The notes below the pieces were generated by a model that was given only the letters and a program-made list of their open reading frames with translations, was not told where the DNA came from and searched no databases. From the NCBI GenBank assembly GCA_965153285.1, contig OZ229113.1: a stretch of 64,000 bases of DNA; one strand, written 5' to 3'. This stretch comes from Podarcis tiliguerta (Eukaryota). The position numbers and the translations under genes were made by a program. Below, piece after piece: positions 54,140 to 64,000 of this stretch (the stretch's first letter is position 1; each line of letters starts with the position of its first letter).

Positions 54140-57100
54140 CATTAGACCAGAGAGCTGAACTGAACTTTTGAGTGCAAGTTGGCACTAAATAAAGGCATGT
54201 TCTCCATTCCAAACCTTTTTATTTATATGCCCCTGGATGCATGGTTTGCAAGCTGTGTATAATGGGGTAACTTGTGCTGCCCTAATGCAACTCCCGTAAG
54301 TTGTATCCATTAAAACTTCCTTACAAATACATTTCCCACTTTAAATTTTAAATCAAGTGCAAGGCTTGGTTTGTAATATGGAATGTTTTCCTCCAGTATT
54401 TTTCACTGCCTCAGTTTCACAAGAGCTTGTCACTATTGAGTACTAAGAATTAGCAGAAACTGGCAAATCGTGAACCTTGCAGGGCACTGCAAGGAAGAAG
54501 CAGTTGTCTAACCTGGTAGCAGAGCAGAAATCTGCATTTTCATATGCTCCTTCACTATTTTTACCTTATTCGTATTCAGCATAAAACTGTACAATTGGTT
54601 GTATTCATTCCCATTTTAAAGATAAGAATTGAGGCACTTGGGCTTAAACCACATGAATATCAGAGTTCTGGATACTCTACTCCAGCCCAAAGCAACCTGG
54701 GGTATGCTGTGTATGAGCTGAAGAAAATGGCTTTTGAAACATTTTGTGTCCTTTTTCAACTTAAAATTTCCCACCTCAAGCGGTTTTTTCCTCCTATAGG
54801 GAATTGATATGAAAGCCCCATGTCTTTTCCCCTTGGAGGAAAAAACCCTACCAGTTTTGAGCTGTCAGTGCAAAGTTTCTCTCCCCAGTTTGAGACTATT
54901 TCCCTTTTCCAATGCAACGCCTCATTCCACAACTAAATGCCCAACAGAAGAGTTATTCAAAGCTTTGTAGGTTATCTTTGTACCTGGCATTGACTTGTGT
55001 TTTAAAGCTTGCATTCATCATCATTGTTACTACTCACGACTCATTCCCATAGCCCAGCAGCTCGCTTACCCAGCTTGGGAAGACAACGTGAGGCCATCAA
55101 ATGTTGCCAAGGGCCACCAAAAAAGGTCTCAAGGGCCATGTGTTGGACCACCCTGATCTAAACTGACTCTGGAGGCATTTGCAATTTATTTCGATTATAA
55201 GACTTTCAGCTACAAAATTCCTTACCTCCAGCTGGCCTGCTTTTTATTTATTTGAGTGGTGGGATGAGATATTGCCTGTATTGAAAGCAATTAAACCATT
55301 GGCCTAGGTTCTGTTATATATCCACAACACGTCAGCCATTGTTATAGCAAAAATATGGTCAACATTGCCATTCTCTTAGGTACTAGTGGTGATGTAAGGA
55401 AAGAGTTACAATTTGCTTATATTCTTTGGGGTGCCCCTGTCAAGGGGGCAGAATGTGCTAGCGCTCATCTTGATAATATATCAAGCAGCTGGTAAGGGAC
55501 TTCATGAAATATGAGGCAGAATACTAAATTACATTTTGTAACCCTCTTCCCCCTCTATGTGATGTGGGTGTGAAAGCATGCGTTGTTTGGTAAAAAAACA
55601 TTATATTCCGATTAGCAGGTCGCTGGAGATATACTACTAATTGTTTTAGGGAGCTCATTACATGTATTATCGCATATTATCCATAGGAAGCTGTGGAGGG
55701 AGGGTGGGGAAAGCAAAAAAAGAGAAAAAAGAACTTTGTTTCATGATAAACTACTCACTGAGTTGTGTTTTTCCTCTTTCCAAGGCCCTTAGCACTTCTG
55801 GCATTGCCAACAGAACAATCATTGAATAGTTAGGTTTAATTTACAGGAATTCTCTCATAAAATGTTTTAAGAGGTGCTCTGGGTTGTGGCAAGCAATGAA
55901 TTAATCCTCTTCTTAAAAAGATTCAGTGTATTGATCTTACCTCTATAGTTGGAGATGCTTTTTTAATTGCCCCAGTGCTTGTCATAACTGCGCATCTCCA
56001 CAGGTTTAGAACAAAGGCCGACTAAAACAAGGAATTGCTCTGTAAGCGTTATTTTTATTGTTCTCTTAATTTATTATTCCAGAGGGGTCTGCAGAAAACT
56101 CAGAAAGGCCAAATGCATTTTGTTTTGTTGCCGTAGCCTTTATTTTAAGACCTTTTTTTTAAAAAAACAACAACACAATTTCATATTGCAAAAATTTGCT
56201 TTTAAAAGTATCCTGATATTTGGGTTTCCATGTTTCTCTCTTACTTGTCTGCAGTTTATGAGGTGCCAGGGCTATATTTATTATTATTGTTCTATATTAC
56301 TGTCTCTCAGTTGGCAACAAAGCCGCATACACGGTATAGTTTATTAACACTAACAAACTATTTATTGCGTAAAGAGGGCAAAGTATCTTATCTTATATTA
56401 GTTCAGTAGACAGCAGCCATGAATATAGTGCAATTATAAGCTGATTGTAAATTTCTAATTTATAAAGTACTGTTTGACGGCCAAATGCGTCCTAGGCTTC
56501 AGTTTTATGAAACCTGGGAAATTCTCTTTACTATGTACTGTATATATGGGAAAAGGCAGAAACTTTTCATAACGGGATTTGAATAATAATAACAATAATT
56601 TGAATAGTTGTAATAATAATCACTGAAGAGCCCAGAGATTTTCCTTGTTCCCATTTGTATAATAATATCTGATCCATCAAACCCTTCACCTTAATACTAT
56701 TACCTGTGAAGCAGATTCAAGCAGAAAGGCCATAATAAATGTGTTTTGGGTGGCTGGTCCCCAGTTATGGAACCTTCTCCTATTCTGGGGCCACCAAAAT
56801 CCAAGATAGAGAAACCTGCTTGTTTGGCGAGGGTTAAAACAGGGAATAAATATCATGGATTTTAAAGTATATTAAACTTTATTTAGTTTTGCTGACAGTG
56901 TAGAGACGTTGGTTTTCCCACCCGAACAATTCTTTTGTGTTAGATAGTTCTAAATATAAAAAAATAAATAACAGCACAATTTTAACCATGTCTCCCCTTT
57001 ACCTTTATGCAGACCTAAATCCTATTGAATTCAATGGGGTTTAATCCAAGTAACTAGGATTAGGATTGGAGCCCCCTTCACTAAGCCTAAACCCTACTTT

Positions 57101-57554
57101 ATTCTGCTTGCATTGTTATCCATTATTCAGTTTTTGTGTTTGTATATAGATGTATACATAAATATCTGGGTCTGTATAGTTGTATATGCAAAATATTTGT
57201 ACAAATCCGGAATCAAGAACTGAAGCAGGGCCACTTAGGAAAGATTTGGGGCTTATCTGAGCTGAAGTGGGATCTTGAGACAAAGTGCTGCAGAGATGTG
57301 TATGTTTTAAAAATGCTGTGTATCTTGAGTCTGAAAAACCGAAACATTTTTTTCAATCTTACTTTATAAGGAAAACACAAGAGTGAGGGGAGGGAATGCT
57401 TTTTAGTGACCTAGCATCTAATTGAAGGGACCATATCTTGAACTTTCGCACCATAGAACTTTGGGGAAGGGATGTTAAGGTATCAACTTCATCTTGTCTG
57501 TTCTGTGCTTTTTTCTTTTTTCTAGTTCTGCTGCTTGTTTGGCAAATGCTAGAT

Positions 57555-57690
57555 CATGCTTCCCCAACCTCGGTCCTCCAGATGTTTTGAGACTACAATT
57601 CCCATCATCCCTGACCACTGCTCCTGGTAGCTAGGGATCATGGGAGTTGTAGGCCAAAAACTTCTGGAGGGCAGAGGTTGAGGAAGCCTG
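57555..57690. mobile_element. ~136-bp palindromic hAT-type MITE
   Basis: Same family as 28049-28184; perfect TSD TGCTAGAT. Confidence 0.9.
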
Positions 57691-57836
57691 TGCTAGATAA
57701 TCAAGTCTCCTGCCTCTGTATCACATGTCTCTATATCCCCTTGAGTCATATTAGCTTTGGGCTTCTCCTCAACTGGCACCAAGAGTCACAACTAAGTCTA
57801 GTCCTTGCTCCCATTCTTCTGAAAATTTACAGATTA

Positions 57837-59538
57837 CACTGGTCAACAACAAATTTGTTGTCTGTGTTTTTTCAGTTGATTTAGGACGAATCTGATGCGC
57901 TGAATCCAAAAATCACATTGGTTTTGCTCAATCAGGTCAAGTTTTTGAACTATGGCCACGTTATTTTTTTACGTTTTTGTTCACATGTACGCTTGTGTGG
58001 AGCATTTTAGAAGAAGTTGGGGGGGGGTAAAATGCCATGTCGAATAATTGTTTTGATTGGAAATGATTATTTTAATGACAAGAAGTATTCAGGTCTGATA
58101 GTTCTGGGTGATTATGTCAAAAAGGGATCAGTTTGAAGTCATAAAACCTCGAAATCTTCCATAAATTGGTGCAGCTGGGATCAACAGAAAGAACCGGAGC
58201 AGCCTCAAGTATCCTGATCTTCAATCAGCATGTTGTCCTGTAGCTCATTGTGATGAAATTCCAGTGCCTATCTTCGGAGAACTTCCTGACATTAGTGACG
58301 AAGATGCCTCCAGTGTTGAAGGACATGAAGAAGAAGAAGTGGTTCTTGAAGATGATGCTCCACATCCATTTTCCCAAAAGGAGTTGAATGATCTAGTTCA
58401 CGACCTCAGCTTGTCAAAGGACTCTGCCGAACTGTTGGGATCCAGATTGAAGGAAAAAAACCTCCTCTCTGACAGTGCTCGTATCAGCTTCTTCCGCAAC
58501 AGGCATCAAGAGTACCTCTGTTTTTTCTCGGAAGAGAAGGACTTGGTGTACTGTGCAGATATTGCGCAGCTTCTGCTCAAGCTTGGAGTGCCACAGTATG
58601 AACCCAAAGATTGGAGACTGTTCATTGACAGCAGCAAGCGATCACTGAAATGTGTTGTGCTACACAACGGCAACCAGTTTGCCTCTATACCCCTGGCTCA
58701 CTCGAGTACACTGAAGGAGAACTTTGAAGCGGTGAAGTATGTGCTGGAGAAAATTGGTGCCTTGCAAAGAAAGGAACGTCATCAATGACCCTCTGGTGGA
58801 CAGAGACAGAATACTCTTCCCACCGCTGCACATCAAGCTCGGCTTAATCAAGCAGTTCACCAAGGCTCTGGACAAGGATGGTGACTGTTTCACTTACTTG
58901 TGCCAGGCTTTTCCAGGATTGACCATGGAGAAGTTGAAAGCTGGCATCTTTGACGGTCCTCAGATCCGTCAGCTCATCAGAGATCCAGAGTTCGGAAACT
59001 CAATGAACGAAGTGGAACTGGAAGCGTGGAAGGCATTTGTTCTGGTAGTGAAGAACTTTCTTGGCAACAATAAGGTCAGAAACTACGCAGAACTTGTCAA
59101 CAACATGCTGACTGCTTTCAGAAACCTGGGCTGCAACATGAGCGTCAAGATGCACTACCTATTTTCACATATGGACCGGTTTCCTGAGAAATGAGTGACG
59201 AGCAGGGGGAGAGATTCCATCAGGACATGAAAGAGATGGAGACCAGGTATCAGGGTCACTGGGACGCAGTCATGATGGCTGACTACTGTTGGACTCTGAA
59301 GAGAGACCTCCCTGCCGCTGAGCATTCCAGGAGTTCCAAGAAACAGAAGTTCAAGCCCTAAAGTTTGAAAAATGGTGAAGCAACATGCAATTTACGTGTA
59401 CTTACCTTTATCAATGCCCACCATTCAGTTTACAGTAAACCTGACCTGATGGAGAGAAACGGATGCCATTTCCTGATTCAGCAGTGCAAAAGTAGAAATC
59501 TAGACAACATTCAAAAAGTAAAAGATTGTTGCCCAGTG
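57837..59538 (+). mobile_element. Chapaev3-type (CMC superfamily) DNA transposon, internally deleted
   Basis: TIR CACTGGTCAACAA / TTGTTGCCCAGTG; 3-bp TSD TTA on both sides; imperfect subterminal inverted repeats (ATCAGGTCAAGTTT / AAACCTGACCTGAT); transposase remnant inside. Confidence 0.85.
58177..59361 (+). pseudogene. Chapaev3-type transposase pseudogene (three frames)
   Basis: Motifs WRLFIDSSKRSLKCVVLH, LHIKLGLIKQF, GIFDGPQIR, MSVKMHYLFSH, SDEQGERFHQD and MMADYCW. Frame breaks near 58760 and 59190; N-terminal region missing. Confidence 0.85.
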
Positions 59539-60879
59539 TTATTTGCCTCTGCAGCTGTTGAGCAGGGGGTTGATTCTGTGCAGGGAGGCACCCCTGATCT
59601 TGGTTGGGAGGGATGGAGGATATACAAGGAACAGGATCCAGGGTGGGGTTGGTTCCCAGGTCAACCCAGGGCAGGTTAACCCACACCCACCCACCCCATT
59701 CTGTTGGAGCCATGAGACAGATTGTTGCAGCAGGGAGCTGTGCACAGCCTATTAAATTCTGTTTCGCTCTGACTTTGGTGACTTGAAGGGTTAATTTTCT
59801 GACTTTTCCTGTTGAAGTCTGTTGTTGATTTTGTGCATAATTGAACATAACTTTGTGGCCATGATTGATTTGATTGATTTGATACTTTAGCTCCTTTTGG
59901 AGGAGCTAAATGCCTCAACGAATATTTGCAAGACTTCTATTTGCAAATAGAAAGCCTCTACCAATTCCTAGCCCTGGCCTGTTGATTCCCTGAATTGCCA
60001 TGTCATGCTGTGCTTTGGAGCTAACAGAAGTGCAGCTGCTACCTGCCCCAAAGCCCAGCAGAATACGAAAAACACCCCTCTAAGTATCACAGAGCATGAA
60101 AGACCTCTCTCAATCAGCAAGTATATGCATGCCAGGGTGGTTCCCTCGCTTTTAGAGCAAAGAGGCTACCAAACCAGCAACGGTTTGTGGGAGGCCGCCG
60201 AGAGAAGCGGGCAGGAGTCTCTTCCAGCCCTATGTGGATATTCTGCAACCCACCCATTGAATTCCCCCACCGGCCAGATGAGTCAGCGCTTCGCAGATAA
60301 GGAATAATAAACGACGCCATCAATCTTGACCGCCGGAGCAGGAAGACTAGAAGGCAAGCGTTGGTTAAAATTACTCCTGGGCACTGGATCACCTCTGCGG
60401 TAGCTGTAGCCTGGAGACAGGGCCTGAGCGGAGTTTTAATACTCGGGGAAGGGAAAGAGCCAAGCCGAAGTTTTGGAGCCAGGTCAGGGGAGGACCAGAG
60501 GAGATCATAGGCCTGGGCGGGCAGTTGAACCCGACGGGCTTGAGGACCCAGCCTCCCCCTTGAGACGTCTTCTCCAGCTGCACTTCGTCATCCTAACAGC
60601 GAGAGTGGAAAGCTGTGAGGCTGTGAGGCTTCGGGTTGCTGGAATTACACTCTGAGAGGTGAAGAAGTCTTTTTGGCAGAGAGGGGTGAAGAGAGAGGAG
60701 ACGGAAGTTTAAATTAAACAAAACAAAGCCTGGAAATTCACAAAGCACTCTTCAACGAACTGCGGAGAAATCCCTGTAGTTAAATACTCAGCTGTACAGC
60801 TAAATCATTGACTGTGGTAGGAAGTCCCCTTCTTCTTTCCTGTATTACTCACATTATTTAGCTCATATCTACTGTGGCT

Positions 60880-62568
60880 ATGGGCAAGAGGAAACGCCTC
60901 AGAGAAGCAGAGGAATTACTGCTTCTCCCTAGCCCCAAGCTACAAGCTAAAGGAAGAAGAGATCAGCCAAATTTTCAAGCAGCAGTTACCACATACAATA
61001 GATTTCTTCCACTAAGTGACTTGGATGTAGCTAATAACATTCCCAAGTCCCAAAATACCACCTTACACAATTGTAACTTAACGAGCACTCCCAACAAGGG
61101 TGGGCCCGATGTGGATGGGGAAAAGATCCAGGATAAGGAGAACCAGCTGGGAAATGAGTCCTCCCATTTACAACTAGTCATTAGGACACTGGACTGCATA
61201 TTTAAAAAGATAGACTTTCTGACGTGCTCAATTTCCAAGCTAACGGAAAAAGTGATGGATATGGACGCCAAAATTGCCCTCAAAAATAACTACCAGAGGG
61301 GACCTCCAGTGATAGCCCCACCAAACTCTGGGGCAAAGGGGATGAGAAAATACAAACTAAACGATCTCATGTGTAAGCAAAATCTAACATTGCAACCTAA
61401 GAAGGTGTGCCTAACGATAAGGTCTGAGATTTGGGACTGGTCAAGCTTGGAAGGAGCTAAAATTGCCCTAAGTAAAATCTTGAGAATAAGCATAGTTCAT
61501 ATTGATCTTCATGCCTTACTCCCGCTAACTCAATCAAATGGCCCTTACAAAGTTATTTTAGCCTTCCGTTCGCTGAGACTACCCTTATTAATAATAAGAC
61601 AAAAATGGAAATTCATAAAAACAAAAATCATACCCACAAGGGTTTTTGCGGACAGCATAGTAAAACCACTACTTGTGGAAAAAGAGAGAGAGACATTAGA
61701 TCCAGGAACAAGCTCTACAAAATCGCCAGACAAAGAGATGTTGCTTTCCCCACAGAGAACGGAGGAGATTGCCTGCAGTCCACATCCAGGAACGAACTTG
61801 GGTGATTCCAGAATATCTAATGATGAAAGCGCCCTTATGAATTCATTTGACGAACTACAGTCACAAGAAAAAGAAAAAATAATAAATAAATTAGATAAAC
61901 TAAGAGAGAAGATGTCTCAGGCCAAAAGCAAAATAGGAAACAAAGAAATTCAAACCAACAGTGCCATTGGAGGCTCAGTGGACCTTCTCAAATTTAGCCC
62001 ACAGCCCCAAAATAGGCCCATAAAATCCAAGGCAACGATACAGACAATCGTCTCGCCACCCCTATTAGTCAATCTGGAACCAGCTCTTCCGGCACCAGCC
62101 GGAATGGTCACACCTACTAAAGAACAGCAAAATGTAAACAAAATTTCGACACACTCCTCAATGCCTGACCTGGAGTCATCATTATCGGGTGGAGAATCTC
62201 TAGTTGACGATTTAGAAGCTCAAACCGCTATCGATATGGACTGGACAGAAGACCCCTTGGGCCATATAAATAAGATGACATACCCACGGAAGGGAAATCT
62301 AAGAATAGTTAAAACTTGTACCGACTTAATCTCTGCTCCCCTAGGTGATAAGCTCTCTGATAAAACAAGGGATTTCAGAGAGGAGACTAGACCAAATCAG
62401 GACACTACCCCTATAGGACCGGCTGAGCAGAGCATAATTACAAATAGCTCAAGAGGTACATCTGCGCCAAAAGGAGAGAAGTCATCTACTATTAGTCAAA
62501 GGAAAATTACTGACTTCTTTAAATCTGACAACCCACCAAGGCCAGCGTTCCCCCCTTCCCTATTGTGA
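60880..62568 (+). CDS. LINE ORF1 protein (562 aa from the ATG)
   Basis: Uninterrupted 1.7-kb A-rich ORF; ATG in GCTATGG context; N-terminal KRKR, YNRFLPL motif, heptad-like segment, disordered C-terminal half; directly precedes the APE ORF. Confidence 0.8.
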   Translation: MGKRKRLREAEELLLLPSPKLQAKGRRDQPNFQAAVTTYNRFLPLSDLDVANNIPKSQNTTLHNCNLTSTPNKGGPDVDGEKIQDKENQLGNESSHLQLVIRTLDCIFKKIDFLTCSISKLTEKVMDMDAKIALKNNYQRGPPVIAPPNSGAKGMRKYKLNDLMCKQNLTLQPKKVCLTIRSEIWDWSSLEGAKIALSKILRISIVHIDLHALLPLTQSNGPYKVILAFRSLRLPLLIIRQKWKFIKTKIIPTRVFADSIVKPLLVEKERETLDPGTSSTKSPDKEMLLSPQRTEEIACSPHPGTNLGDSRISNDESALMNSFDELQSQEKEKIINKLDKLREKMSQAKSKIGNKEIQTNSAIGGSVDLLKFSPQPQNRPIKSKATIQTIVSPPLLVNLEPALPAPAGMVTPTKEQQNVNKISTHSSMPDLESSLSGGESLVDDLEAQTAIDMDWTEDPLGHINKMTYPRKGNLRIVKTCTDLISAPLGDKLSDKTRDFREETRPNQDTTPIGPAEQSIITNSSRGTSAPKGEKSSTISQRKITDFFKSDNPPRPAFPPSLL

Positions 62569-64000
62569 CTACCCAAACCTCAGTCAAATCCTCCCCCGTT
62601 CTCCCTTTTAAGCTGGAATATAGCAGGTTGGAAGGGGAAAAAATCTGACCCGGACTTTGTAAAACTAATAAACTCACACCAAGTAATTCTCTTGCAGGAA
62701 ACATGGGAAGAGGGGAGAGTAGACATTAATGGTTTTGATGTTACATCATTACCGGCATGCCCGTCTACTAAAGGAGGCCGGCCCAGAGGAGGATTAGTTA
62801 TAGCAATTTCCTTGAAAATACAGGCAAAACTCACGCTTGTAAATGCTTCCACCTTTGCAATTACAGCCCTGATTACGGGGGAAAACTTTGAACTTGTTAT
62901 AACAAATGTTTATCTTCCTCCTGGAGGCAATATTGCAGACTTACACAATAAATGGGGAACCTTGGAGGAACATCTCACTTTTTGCCACTCCAAATACCCC
63001 AATATACCCAATGTTATAGCAGGGGACTTCAACGCTCGCATTGCAACAAACTGGGAGTCTTTAATCAAAGCCAAATGGTGGATAACCCCAGAATTCATTA
63101 ATGACCTCTCCCTCCATAATCAAAGACTTTCCAAAGACAAAAGGGTAAATGAAGCGGGAACCCTTCTTTACCAATTGGTACTACGTCTAAACTTAGTGAT
63201 TCTAAACGGGAACTGCCTGCCTGACGTACCGGGCGAGTTTACACACATAAGCTCCTCTGCAAACAGTGTCCTGGATTATATATTAGTATCTCATGACATA
63301 TTCCCCAGAGTTTCCCATTTCAAAGTTGAAAATATTCATCTGAGCGACCACCTACCGTTGGTCGCCACAATGACTATAGACTGGACCCCAGATGGAAACA
63401 GACACCCAACACATCTGATTATGAACTCAGTATTGCAAATCAAAAGTGTAAAGTGGTCCGAATTACAGGCCCAAAATACTCAGCATATTTCCAACAAGGA
63501 CTAAAACAAGCATATTCAGGCTTAACCGAGGATTATTATGATTATGACCAAACTTTAAGACTATTCTCGAATCTGTCGGAAGATCTAACGTCTTTTTTCT
63601 CTGTCCCGACGCATAAAATAAATCGAACACAAAGGAAGATAGGTGCATTGTGGTTCAATAGTGCTTGTAAACAGGCTAGACAACTTCTCGGTAACATCTA
63701 CAAAGAGTATAAAGCCTCCGGGGCAACGGTCTTGCCAAAAGAATATTTCCAAGCAAAATCGGCCTACAAGCAAATTCAAAAGGGAGCCAGACAGGAATGG
63801 CAAGTGAATCAATGGCGAGCAATCATAGAAGCCTCATCATCACGGAACTCCAGACAATTTTGGCTCCTGGTAAATAAAAGAACTAAAAGATACCCTTTGA
63901 CTATTATTCCTGCCCCGGTTTGGGAATCTTACTTAAAAAATTACTTTGCCACAACTGACTGTATTGCTAACACAAGAGATGAATTTCAACATCAGCTTCC
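62569..64000 (+). CDS. LINE ORF2 N-terminal part (APE endonuclease + linker), one frameshift near 63489
   Basis: APE motifs SWNIAG, LQETW, NVYLPP, AGDFNA, LDYILVS and SDHLP. After a 1-nt shift at ~63489 the frame (FQQGLKQAYS...WFNSACKQAR...RQFWLLV...WESYLKNYF) stays open to the window end. Confidence 0.85.

Larger units (their letters stand above)
60180..64000 (+). mobile_element. Young two-ORF non-LTR retrotransposon (RTE-X-like), 5' part; runs off the window
   Basis: CpG-containing 5' UTR (5' boundary approximate), intact ORF1, then an APE endonuclease ORF2. The clade is inferred from SWNIAG/LQETW, SKDxxVNxxG and WFNxxC motifs; the RT domain is outside the window. Confidence 0.8.

Noticed and set aside
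60005-60655. Short ORFs upstream of LINE ORF1 as an ORF0 or uORF
   Set aside because: No recognisable motifs and the element's 5' boundary is undefined; cannot be supported without other copies.
53082-64000. PUDP final exon (CLVFEDAPNG...)
   Set aside because: Searched by eye and in the ORF track; not found, so it presumably lies beyond the window.

Overview
Vertebrate genomic DNA, most likely from a squamate. A lacertid lizard is inferred from the Sauria SINEs, BovB and the lacertid-type MITEs. Two genes lie head-to-head around one CpG island at ~22-23 kb. On the minus strand is the first coding exon of a steroid sulfatase (STS; 869->724), with the rest of the gene left of the window. On the plus strand are exons 1-3 of PUDP/HDHD1 (22625-22709, 44940-45158, 52852-53081); the last exon is not found and is presumably right of the window. 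The rest is intronic/intergenic and rich in transposons: BovB, CR1, L2 and RTE fragments, two Sauria SINEs, hAT and Tigger-like MITEs (some nested), a solo LTR, two related ~800-bp DIRS/LTR-like repeats and an internally deleted Chapaev3-type DNA transposon. A young, nearly intact two-ORF LINE (RTE-X-like) sits at the right edge and is the most notable object. Its ORF2 continues in frame directly after the ORF1 stop (TGA-CTA, a known readthrough context) with no AUG before the endonuclease domain. Its ORF1 ends in a canonical PCNA-binding PIP box (QRKITDFF). There is one 200-N assembly gap. Most ORFs in the supplied track are spurious.
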